DNA of 64,000 nt, from positions 21,080,001-21,144,000 of the forward strand of contig OX597823.1 in the NCBI GenBank assembly GCA_951406725.2, in the 5' to 3' direction. Below, piece after piece: positions 40,781 to 53,127 of this stretch (positions are counted from its first letter, which is position 1; each line of letters starts with the position of its first letter). The translations under genes and the position numbers were made by a program. The notes under the pieces were generated by a model, which was not told the DNA's origin, did no database searches, and saw nothing but the letters and a program-made list of their open reading frames with translations. Source of the DNA: Octopus vulgaris. Lineage: Eukaryota.

Positions 40781-41469
40781 CTGAATAAAAAAATCGATGC
40801 ATATAAACAATTAAAACAGCTTGCGTTTGATGTACAAAATGTATATCTATATGAATATATGTTAATAGAGAGAAAGCAAAGACAGAACTTTCAGACGATG
40901 AATATTCAAGTATAAATATTTATATATAGCTGTTTGTATATTAATAGAGCAAACTGATACAGAGTACAAAGACAGAGAAATATGGTGGGAAGGTTATAGT
41001 ATGAGTGTTTTTATCAGCTCATTATCGTTGAAGACTAGATCGCAAAGTCGTACTACTACCCTCCTCCGCACGCCTGCTTTGACCCCATTAATTATCTCCC
41101 TTTACACAAGGTTCAGCTGCTGACAGGATGAACGGTACAAAGAGGATGTAGCTCTGAATGCAGTTAGAGTATTCAGTGTCTATCCCAACCTGTACAGAGC
41201 TTGGAAATCCTGGAGTACTATTTCAAGGCCCCATATGTTTGCGTGGTTTTTTACTGTAAAAGTTTTCTATGAATATCAAAAGCATTTTTTGAAGTTTACG
41301 AAGTTGACCAACAGGCTCTGCCGGAATTTTATGCATTGTTTTTCTGTGTGTTTTTAGACTGAAAATGTGCTCTGTGAATAACTGGCTGGGACGGAATCCT
41401 GGATTAGGCTCAGGTTTAGCTGTGAAAAGACCAAAGAGACGGAGATAACTTTCACACTTCAACTCTCTA

Positions 41470-41950
41470 TATTTAACAGACGGCAGGATATGGAACATGG
41501 ATGGTGTGATTAATAGCTATAGAATGATAAGAAGTGATATGAATAACCGGTCTGGCAAAGCATTTGTCTCCTGCAACGTTTGAACCAAATGTGGCCAACA
41601 ATGAACTTCACTAATCACATGAGAGTCCGGCTGTATACTGCAAGATTTGTGGCAACACCTCTATATTTTAGTAACACATGGACGATATCGGTGAAAGGGA
41701 CTGGAAACTACGAGATACATTCTCTCAACGATGTTTACGGACCGATCCACAATCTTACATGAAACAGAATTATAAATAAAGAAACCTTTCTGTGTTGGAA
41801 ATCCTACTCACCGAACAGCATCGTAGTATTTTGTGGGTGTCGTGTGGCATTAATATTTTTCTATCTGCCAGTTCTTCGGCAAGGATTGCATTAAAGTAAA
41901 CAACGGAAGACTATGAAGCGGAAAAGGATTGGATTTAACAACAAGAGCAT
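41470..41950 (+). pseudogene. old RTE-clade LINE RT C-terminal remnant
   Basis: DMNNRSGKAF..RLNQMW and RVRLYTARFVATPLYFSNTWTI resemble RTE RI.KA..AF..L..IW and K.RLY..V...LLYGSETWTL. Confidence 0.5.
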
Positions 41951-42129
41951 CAACCGTTCATTTAAATTTGATGAGGACCGAAATTACATATAGAAGTATT
42001 AATGATAGATTAATGTAACAAGTGATGGTAATATCGACGCGCTGTGTTTAAATGAGGGAAGACATGTTTGCAACATCTAAAATTGTGAGTTGATCAGGTA
42101 GAACTAGGCAGTAATGTCTAGGATTGTGT

Positions 42130-42340
42130 GTACTGTGACACGACATGCTAGTAAGATCTATGATTGTGTTTATTTTAGAAAAGATTTGGTTGTAACAACT
42201 GCGGTTGTGACAACGTTGGGTGAGACTTGATGATAAAATCTAAGATGAGAGATATTTCGGATAAAATAGGTCAGGTACCTAGGCTTGTATGTAGACCAGG
42301 TGAAAATTTGGTGGTAACAGACAAGTTCGTCATTGCTTCT
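42130..42340 (+). pseudogene. possible piggyBac transposase fragment
   Basis: KMRDISDKIGQVPRLVCRPGENLVV resembles piggyBac IRD.WD.....P..Y.PGEN.TVDE; short and degenerate. Confidence 0.35.
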
Positions 42341-43139
42341 TATATCCTACTACCATTATGTTTGCACATTCCACATCTTCATACACAGAGAAATTATATG
42401 CTACTGCTTGTGAAGAATTGTTATTTTCTTTTTTCATTGATCTCTATTCTGTCTGCTCTATTAACTTATATATTACTGAAACTAAGACGACTGCAATTCT
42501 TTTGTCAGTAAAGAAAACAAATACAGAAAATATTTTTGTACGCAGATTCTCAAACTTTTGTTATGGTTTTAGAAAATTATTCACATCTCAAGTATTCTAT
42601 ATATTCGTCAAGTGTAACAATTTTATATAAATAATCTTTTATAACAATAGACATAGTTGAATCTCTTCGTGTGCATGATGTTACTTCCTGCTACTAAAGC
42701 TAAAAAAATACACTTTGTAAGCTATTATCTCAACACTCTGCCAGAAGATGTTACGGGAAATTTTAATGTATTAGAGCTTGGTTTAAAGCTATTTTCATTT
42801 TGAGTTATTCATACTTTATTTTAGTTTACTAAAATTACAATCATTGGTTATAACAAGTAAACTTTGACCTGTAAAATTCAATGTGGCACTAACCAAACAT
42901 GCGGTATTTGTTGTCTGTTTATGCGGCGGGTAAAACTATTTTCGAAGAAACTAGTTACTTTTATCAGACTCATTGCGAAATTTGGTTCGATTCTTCTGAA
43001 AATTTTGAAATTATTTCAGAGTACTCTGCCTACGATGTCGCCGCAACAGTCTGAAAAAGAAATTTAAAAAATTAGCCTTCCTTCAACCTGCCAGTGAAAC
43101 CATAGCACGACACAAACTCATCACTTGCATACAAAACAT

Positions 43140-43620
43140 TAACTCACGAAGTTGAAGTCTATAGAATAAACTCTGACATCAAAAATCTCACGCACAAAGG
43201 GGAATATGTTTGCGATTCATTTGTAACCTGAATCTCTTCTGCTCGTATATAAAACATTCCGCAGAAAAACAAAATTCTAGCTTTGGATTCATCATCCAGA
43301 TTGCCATGAAAGATTCTCAGACTTCTGATTCTGCTCTTCAAGAAGAAAATTGTGCTGTAGACTTCACTGAAAGGATTTTCAAATCCTGAAATATATCCCA
43401 GCTGTAAAAAGGAGTCTTCTGTAACTGCGTCTCACTGAACTCAAATATTTATTTCCGGCTTTGGAAAGAAAGGTAATATTGCTTATTTTTAGTGTAAGTA
43501 AAATGGAACGCGTTTCAAACTGCTGAGCCTCGAAAGAACCACGGAGCACTTCCTTTCTTTCTAAGACTCTTGCCTGCATAGCTTCTGTACTGAAAGATTG
43601 CATAACCGAACTTATCAAAA
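43140..43620 (-). pseudogene. possible hAT (Tip100/ZMYM1-like) transposase fragment
   Basis: The order LERKEVLRG, NKYLSS, FYIRAEE...PLCVRF loosely follows L.RQ..ALRGH, NAKY.S, FSI.ADE...LCVRF. Confidence 0.3.
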
Positions 43621-45572
43621 CTTTTCATCTCTGAATGGTTGTGCGTAACATTTGTTAGCTAGTTATGTAAAAGATTGTTGGTTAAGTACTACGGTAGTGT
43701 GACATCCAGAATTGCAATTAATTTGACACTACGAACTAATGAAGCATCTACTGAATTTTTGCTGCATCGTACTACTCAGATTACAAGATCTATTTTAAAA
43801 AGTTTTCACTAGAATATTTTCAATTATATTATTCTACTTATAATCATTGACGTTTTGAGATATTTTCTTGATACGTATATAGTTTCGGAGAATATAGTAA
43901 TTTAATGCAAATTATATAGTGCAGCATTATAAGTAGCTGACTATGCATGAGAAACTGCAATTAATACCTAATACTACTGCAATGAATGCTCTTGAAAAAT
44001 TGGCAGACCATATGTAGAGGTAACCAATAAACGGCAGTGAAATTCATGGTGAATAACGTCTGTTTTAAATTAACTTTTATCTTGGGTTATATATATTTCA
44101 ATAAGTCATACTCTATATGAGATATGGCTTATACGATAAAAGAAATATAAGTTACACGAAAACCAAAATGCAATCAAAATAGGTTCACACACACACACAC
44201 ACACGGACACACACTCACACACACACGGACGGACACACGCACACAAACACACTTATATATGTGCAACATAGTTTCTTTCGAATGTTAATGGGTATAATAA
44301 TAGCTCGTGAAGTAAAATACATTGAAAGTCTGACCATTCATGTAGAGAGAACAACATTTCGTTTGATTTCATTTATTTAACAGTTTGCTTAAAGTTAAAT
44401 CCAGTGTTTCTTGCGGCTAGGAAGGGAGGTAGATATTTGCAAACTCAATTAGGGAAGTATGTGTTTTGAAATCGAACACAGTTCTGTTCATTTTCGTTTG
44501 CTTTTCTTTACCTCTTTCGGTAAATATTCACCAAGACTTCTTTTTGTCTGCATCAATAGCTGTTCGTGTTTGGATTGGAAGTTCTCTAGATTTGGCTGCA
44601 ATTAGTTTTATGTCTGTGTTGATACAAAGATCTTACACTGCAGCAAATTGGAAAGCTAACAGCGTGTTTAATGAGTAATTACACTCGACATCATTGCTGT
44701 TGATTCCAATTTACATGCAAATCATAAAATATCTATTGATTTGAACAATTTGCGTAGACTCAGAACGAAAATTTACATACTCACAACACGCACTATGTGT
44801 AATGCACTGTCTCGTACGTTTGACCTCTCCTTACTTTATTTTCTCTCGGTCAAAGGTGGGTAGTTGTAGTGTTAGGGGAGATGAGCGTTGAGTCGAAAGA
44901 AAGTTATTTTACTTGAGGATGCGTGAGTTGAGTTTGTGCGTGGGATATTCCAGTTGAAAATGTGATAAGTGAATTAGCTAGGGTGATCAAGTTCTATTTG
45001 TTTTTCTTTATTCTCCTCCCAGCCGTCTGGCCATCACATTTTTTCTTTATAATTATTGAGTTCTTTGAAGGCAACACATTCTTTTTGTTACGTCTGCGTT
45101 CTGTAACTATTTATATTTGTCTTCCCTTATTCGTTCGAATTATTCTTGTAATCTTGCAGTAAATATTTAATAATAGTTCTCTAGTTGCATATAACTCCTC
45201 GGTTCTGGTTTTCTTGACAACTATAATAATTCTCGGTCGATTTTTAATTACGTATTTAAAATGCAGACTTGTTTTCCTTGATGCTTATTCTCTACTTCTT
45301 CAAATGTACTTAAATCGAGGATATTGCTATTAAAGTCTGCTAGTGGTGCAGCTACAATATTCATATGTAATATCTACTTATAGCTTTTGGTTTTCTTCTA
45401 AATATTAATCTAATACGTTCGTAATATTTCTTTCTAAAACTTTTTATGTGTTGCGCATGCCCAGTCCGTTGATTCACAAATAGTTCGTAGTCTCTCTTTG
45501 AACTAACTCTCTAATATCTGTTTTCATCTAACGTAATATAGCTTCATTAGCAAACATTTTCCAAACCTAATT

Positions 45573-45920
45573 TCAAGGTTCCGGTTGATCCGAATCAACG
45601 GAACAGCCTGCTCGTGAAATTAACGTGTAAGTGGCTGAGCACTCCACAGACACGGGGATATTCAGCGTGACACAGAGAGTGACACAGAGAGGGACAAGGC
45701 CGGCCCTTTGAAATACAGGTGCAACAGAAACAGGAAGTAAGAGTGAGAGAAAGTTGGGGTGAAAGAGTACAGCAGGGATCACCACCATCCCCTGCCGGAG
45801 CCTCGTGGAGCTTTTAGGTGTTTTCGCTCAATAAACACTCACAACGCCCGGTCTGGGAATCGAAACCGCGATCCTATGACCGCGAGTCCGCTGCCCTAAC
45901 CACTGGGCCATTGCGCCTCC
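45573..45920 (-). mobile_element. tRNA-derived SINE family C
   Basis: Head GGAGGCGCAATGGCCCAGTGGTTAGGGCAGCGGACTC...GGTTTCGATTCCC with A and B boxes, followed by a non-tRNA body and 3' GTTGATTCGGATCAAC hairpin. Confidence 0.85.
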
Positions 45921-46886
45921 AAATGTACAAAGAATGTAAACTTAACAGTCTTCTGTCAACTGCAGGATGCAACTTTAGAATATTATTACGGGGAGAGTTG
46001 GTTGTTACAAGCTTTATCTGCATCGTTTAGCATCTTCTATAACGGGTGGAGATGATTAAAAGTTTATATGCTTAAATAAACATTTTTTTTCTTTAGTAAA
46101 CCAAAGCGTATTTTAGTCTAGAACGAATAAAAATAATCTTCAGCTTCAGCTTCAGTTTTTAAAATATCTTCAAAAACATGAGGCGATTTTGGTACTATTT
46201 TCAATATAGTTGTCAACTACACAATCAAATCACAAAACGAATTATAACTCACATCATCATCATCATCAACTTCCTGTGACCATATTTGAATTTAGTTCAT
46301 TTCTTCTATACGTCCGGCTTCCGTTTAAATACCACTGCGTATGTTTATGTGTGAGACGTAAGTCATTTTGCCTTTACATATATCTAATGAATATGTGCAA
46401 AAATATAGCTGTGTGCAAATTACACTTGTAATCGTGATTCTTCGCTTGAAAACTTATTGCTTCGGTTAGCATCTTCATTATACTTTTAGCAAGGCAATGT
46501 ACAGAACATTAATAACTATTATTTTAACAGATGAGTCAAAATTTAAAAACAAAATATTCATAAATAGAAAAAGTTAAATATATGTTGATTTCACACTTAT
46601 ACTAAGTAATTATTTTTTTCGTTTTAATCTGTCAGAAAATCTAACTTTAAATGTTAATAATATATTTGAATATAACCATAAAAAAGAATGCACGCAGTAT
46701 TCTACATAGATGTTGCGGAGAAATTCCAATATCTGTTTAAAACGAAAATGTCACTTTCGTATTTTTATAAAGAAATTAGTCAATTCTGAGAAAATAAAAA
46801 TTGAATACTCGTGTGTATGTCCCGTACAAACACACTGCGCACACACACATACATGTAGGTATGTGTGTGCATATATATATACATAC

Positions 46887-46929
<43 letters not shown>

Positions 46930-46984
46930 AATATATATACATGTATATACATATATACATATATATACATGCATATATATATAT

Positions 46985-47051
<67 letters not shown>

Positions 47052-47151
47052 GAATACATATACACACATTATATATACATACCTACATACATATATACAT
47101 GCATACACACAGCTTAACTATTTATCCATATCTTTTCTCTCTTCTTGGGCG

Positions 47152-47184
<33 letters not shown>

Positions 47185-47866
47185 GGAGAGAGAGGGAGTG
47201 TGTGTGTATTTATGTGTGCGTGCGTGTGTGTGAGTGTGTGCGTGTGTGTGTGGCTGTGTGTGTGTGTGTGGCTTGAAAGAATCGATTCAGAAATTAACAA
47301 ATGAAGAGCAACAATTTAGTTACAAATGTTGGGCCCCATATGGGATCACGGTATCTGCTAGAAATAGCAGTCAAATTTCACACACATCACAATTAACACA
47401 CTTAAGAAATTGGAACACTCTAGTCAGGCACATTCATTTCCTGAGAAAAACAAAATAGTCCTGGTTGAAATGGAATCGACAACACGTTTATTTAATCAGC
47501 CCTGACACGGAATTAAATACGAACAATGATTTTTTCATGCTTATATTTTGAAATAATCAAGTTTCGTTTTCTTGTGCATTCCTTCCAAATATTTGACAGA
47601 TATCATTTCGGAGGTTTTTTGATTCATTTCATTTTTCGTCAGAAAGAAAATAAAAAAATGCTTTAGTTTTATCTAAAAATTTTGAAGCAAATAGTATAAA
47701 AAATAACATTCTGCAACGCCAAGGAAGGAATTTCTTTAGAATAGGAAATACAAAAGAAAAGATGTTGTCGATTATTGAATTTATCTCACCATACATCGTT
47801 TATACATACACCTCAATACACATCCGTTTATAAGTATATATGCATGCGTGTATATACATAGATACA

Positions 47867-47919
<53 letters not shown>

Positions 47920-47920
<1 letters not shown>

Positions 47921-48099
47921 ATTTATAAAAGAAAACAAAAGACGAAGACAGGTGTATTAACATTAAACAGGTGTATTAGTTTATCGCTCGGGAAGGTGAT
48001 AAAGTCTTTTATGTTTCGAGCCTACGCTCTTCAACAGAAAGAAACACGAGAAAATAAACAGAGAGAAAGAATAAAAAAGCTTTAGTGGTTAGTGGTCGG

Positions 48100-48100
<1 letters not shown>
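47920..48100 (-). mobile_element. short PLE-terminus-like repeat with minimal hammerhead variant
   Basis: TCTTT CTGTTGA AGAGC gtag GCTC GAAA CAT A AAAGA (48005-48042); homologues at 39130-39270 and 62484-62700, partial copy at 40375-40440. Confidence 0.6.
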
Positions 48101-48156
<56 letters not shown>

Positions 48157-48235
48157 GTATATACATATACGTACAAAGGAAAGAAAGAGAACTCGATATT
48201 ATGTAAATAGAGGAATTTATCTGTAAATGTGACAT

Positions 48236-48430
48236 TTATTCGGTAGCCAAGATAAAACTCCGAGTTTCGGATGCCGAGGTGGAAATCCACGCCACCATCT
48301 CTTCAGTTATTTTTCATTTAACTGTCATTTTTCATAGCGTTTTTCCGATGGCCGGATAACTGAAGAGGTGGTGGCATGGATTTCCACCTCGGCATCCGAA
48401 ACTCAGAGTTTCATCTTGGCTACCGAATAA
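48236..48430. repeat. fold-back with 75-bp arms, each a hammerhead-like motif
   Basis: 48236-48310 is the reverse complement of 48356-48430 (about 4 mismatches). Confidence 0.9.
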
Positions 48431-48471
48431 TTATGACATATTACATATACATATACATATATATACATATA

Positions 48472-48517
<46 letters not shown>

Positions 48518-48692
48518 GATATGTGTGTATGTATATATATATATATATACAAAATTAGAAAATGGAGAAACATACTTAAATCAATCAAACATCAACCATC
48601 AGATAATACCCAATCAATACTTTATTACACCATTACATAACAGCAAAGACATTATACAAAATATATTGTAAATATAATTAGACAAGGAAAAA

Positions 48693-48726
<34 letters not shown>

Positions 48727-48799
48727 CATATGTGTGTATGTATATATATATCAGAAATTAAAAAAGGAAAATACGCACACTTACATAGATTTAATATAA

Positions 48800-49830
48800 T
48801 TTTTAATATATCGACCGGTTTCGCTATCGCTATTCATGATACTATGTTTTATTTATTTGAATATGTAATTTTTCTTAAGAATTAATTTTGTCCATTTTGT
48901 GTATGATGATATTTACGAGTGAATGACTTCACAAGTAGAAAACATAAAGGGAGGTAATTGGTTATCGTTATTATTGTTATTGTTGTGGATAAGGCAGATA
49001 GCTGTTCAGCTTTCGGTAATGGGAGGGGAATATATATGTACAGACAAAAACAAGTTTCGAAAAACTTGTTTAGTGAGGGGATTTATGTACAGTGATGTAA
49101 TCGTGGATTAAAATATGTAAAAAGATAAGAGTTGGTTATGCGTGCATATTAAGACGTGTTTTGTATTTTTTAATGAAAAAAGTTTCTTTATTTAAACGTT
49201 CTTGTGGAGAGATTGTATCTTTGCACTGGTAGAATAAGAAGACTGGGAAATTTGGTTTGATGTTAACTGCACATTTTTCTATATGTTCACTGAGAGGAAT
49301 TTGCCTGTATTGCGGGAAACGGATTAGCTATTTATGTAGATTGGTTCCCTTTCTCAAAGTCATACTCGTTTGTCCAATACAGTTGTGGCCGCAATCCGAG
49401 CAGGTTATTACATAAATTAGGCTCTCAGAGGCACAAGTGAAACTAGTTTTAATTGTGAACCACTGTCCTTGTTTCAATAGTAAATCCGAGCCGTCAAGTA
49501 GGTTGGGGCAGGTTCCACAGTTTGGGCGTCCATATTTTTCAACCGTTGGTTTCGTGGTTGTTTTGTAAAGCTTCGTATTTGTTAGTAGTCTCTTTAGCGA
49601 TTTATCTTGCTTTTTGCATTTGATGAGTTTGTGTTTTCAGGATGTCGTTCATTTTTGGATCTCCAGTTAGTAAAGCAAGATTTTGCACAATAGTGTTGAA
49701 TGCCTTACTGCTTCTGGGGTTGTGTGGTGATATAAATAGTAATGTTTTGAGATGAGCTGTGGTGTTATGTTTTGTTGTTCTTAGTGTTTTTATGTCTAAT
49801 TAGTGTTCTTATGTCCTAATGTTTTTATGT
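48800..49830 (-). mobile_element. 5'-truncated Penelope-like element (linker, GIY-YIG, 3' hammerhead-like motif)
   Basis: HNPRS, GRPNCGTC, FTCASESLIYVITCSDCGHNCIGQTS, IPLSEHIEKCA; homologous to 59750-60366. Confidence 0.88.
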
Positions 49831-50297
49831 CTAAGAGATCCAAAAATGAACGACATCCTGATATTGTCGATTTACTATAAACTGTTTCACGTATTAGACT
49901 GCGGGAAAAAACGGGCACCACCCCGAAGAGTTTTAGTCGAACAGAAAAAAATCTCAGTAATTATTTTTAGAGTTTGGTGCTTATTCTGTCGATTGTGCTT
50001 ATTCTGTCGATTGTGCTTATTCTGTCGATTATTCGTTCGATTGTCAAGCGATATGGGGTACACATGGAAACACACATATATGCACATATGTGCGACGTAG
50101 TTTCACACAGTTTCTGTCGAATAAATTTAAGCATGAGCCATTGAATTACTTTTTAGTTATGAAATTAATGTGTGCGAAAGTATTACTCGTATACATAAAG
50201 CTTTATCGCAATTTTCAAACTGAATCGGCGTAAAAGATTAGGACAAGGCCAGACTTTCGAAGTATGGGTTGAACCCAGACAGAAGAACAGAAAATTT

Positions 50298-50410
<113 letters not shown>

Positions 50411-51432
50411 GTGTACCTAATCTTTTTGAAATCTCGTTTTATCTTGAAGATGAATTGTTTATTTGCTTCAAAGAAGTGTAGACGCTTTTCATAACGATTC
50501 TTTATACTTTAGCATAGTTCCATATATTTTCATTAATTTGTTATTATTACTTTTTTCATTGGTTATATTTTTCCTATTTGAGCAGTTTCGTTGTCGGTCC
50601 TTTCAAGAGCAAAGAGATCTAATATTCAATTTCTATCCCTTTTCGGTATATTAGTCCATTTAATTATTTATTCATCTACTAGCGTCAATCATTGGAGTGT
50701 GGCCACAAGATATTGTCAACATTTTTCATGTAAAAGTTAATAGATATATACTACGTTAGAAAGAAGTGATTAATAATTCAATTTAAAGTTAAATAATTCT
50801 TTATATATAACTTGGCTCAAAACAAACATTAATACATATGCACGCGCGTGTGTGTATATATACATACATATATGTATCTTCAATCGACGAGTTTTCCCTT
50901 GCATTTGATTTCCATGTTTATCTTCTATTGATGTAGTGATAATTATTCAATGCGTAAGTAATACTTTGAACATTTAATAATAAATCTGAAGATCAAAAGA
51001 TTAGAATAAACTTCCACCAGATGCAAGACAAAAGGAAAAGAAAGTGATGTATCTAGTGAATAATGACTAATATATTAATGATAAGAATCCGGAATGAATT
51101 CTGTATCAAGAACAGAACTTATGAGAAATGTCCGTTGCTTTTTTTCCTAAGCAAAATAGCCTTCGGCTAATCTTAGAATTAACGAGCTTGGCGACTTGGT
51201 AGATTATTTTCATGTCAGAACACATTTACAGATTTTGTGGTCATATTTACCAAGCAAATACTCACTATTGTAAGGTATATCAGTCACTATCCGCCATGGG
51301 CAAAAATTGAGAAGTGTCATTTATGTATGTATGTAAATATTATGTATGTATGTATGTATGTGTGTGTATGTATGTATGTATGTATGTATGTATGTATGTA
51401 TGTGTGTGTGTGTATGTATGTATGTATGTATG

Positions 51433-51463
<31 letters not shown>

Positions 51464-51944
51464 TCCTTTGCGATTACTATGGTTCCCAAAGAGATATCTT
51501 TTACTCTTGCAATATTGATGTTATCCATTTCCTGTAGAAATACATCTAGCGGTATCTCACCATCAATCAATTCCCTACACATCATAGCCATGTGCAATTG
51601 GTTTCCAATAATTCCTTGACAGGAAAACACATAGAAGAAGAAGGAATTTAGGAAAGTTTGTAAACCAAAGTAAAATTTAAAACAAATAGTGAAAACCGAT
51701 TCAATAGTAACAAAAGTAAAGTATTGGCTAAGAAGTTAATTTCATTTTTTTCTTTCTTTTTCGCATGCGTCAATCATTGGACTGCAACGTGCTGTGGCAC
51801 TGCTTTGGAGGTTTTTATTAGTAGAAATCTATTCTATCGGTTCTTTTGCCGAACCGATAAGATACAGGGAGGTAGAAAAAAGAAGACCGTCTTTCAAGTG
51901 GTGGGGAGCAGACAAACATACACAAACACACATGTGTACATACA

Positions 51945-52010
<66 letters not shown>

Positions 52011-52176
52011 CATACATACATGCACACACATATATTTATGTATGTATTGTGAATGTGTGTGTGCAGGTGTGTGTATACACTATTAAGGATAACATCATTA
52101 TAAATATAGCAATCTTATCAGTGGCCAGCAAGCAATAAAAACCATATGGTTAAGAATTAATATAGATATATAGTTA

Positions 52177-53127
52177 TATAGATATAATTATAGTTAAGGG
52201 TACTGAGAAACAGCACCAACGAACCGGAAACCGTTCGATATAAAATTAACCTTAAAAATTTTGCCGAAGCATTTTTTATTCATTTACCTCGCTTTCAACC
52301 TTTGCTAATGGAGTGTACAACAACAAAATGATGTGGTTTTAGAGTTATTTGACGTCTATTTCTAGCGTGTAGTTGCTGTTTCTCAGTATCCTTAACTACA
52401 ATTGTATCTATTTAATTATACATCTATATTAATTCTTAAATATAAGTGGGTCCCCGTCACTTAGCGGTTCGGCAAAAGAGACCGATAGAATAAGTACTGG
52501 GCTTACAAAGAATAAGTCCCGGGGTCGATTTGTTCGACTAAAGGCGGTGCTCCAGCATGGCCGCAGTCAAATGACTGAAACAAGTAAAAGAGTAATGTAC
52601 ATAATTCCTCATCTCTTCAATATATGGTTTTTATTACATGCTGGCTACCGATAAGATCGTTATTTTTATAATGATCTTAGGCTTAATTAAGTATACACAC
52701 AGAGACACAGACACAGACACACACACACCCACCTACATGCACAAACATATATTATATTTATTCACTCCGATCATTATATTCACTGCGATATTATTTTGAT
52801 CAACAACGCACGTGGTTGAGATGAATAATGGCATTTGCTTCGTATACACGTGTGAATATATGTATGTATTTGTATAGGTACCTATATATTCTCACATTTA
52901 TGTACGTTTTGGTATATTCTACTGGTAATTTTTATATTACTAAAACAGAAATCATCCGATGTAGAATTAACCTTGAAAATTTTGCCAAATCTTTTTTTTA
53001 TTCATTTACCCCACTTTCAACCTGTGCTAATAGAATATAAATATGATGTGGATTTAGAGTCATTTGACGCCTATTTCTAGCATGTAGGTGCTGTTTCTCA
53101 CTACCCTTAACTATAATTATATCTATA
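52177..53127. repeat. 41-bp inverted repeats enclosing a diverged ~165-bp direct duplication and a SINE fragment
   Basis: 52177-52217 vs 53087-53127 match 40/41 inverted; 52244-52411 resembles 52965-53126; 5'-truncated SINE B at 52451-52595. Confidence 0.8.

Noticed and set aside
45850-45920. Possible tRNA gene
   Set aside because: A and B boxes are present, but the cloverleaf is imperfect and the sequence continues into a SINE body.
51500-51620. Minus-strand exon candidate GIIGNQLHMAMMCRELID after a pyrimidine tract
   Set aside because: Short, ambiguous frame and donor, no recognisable homology.
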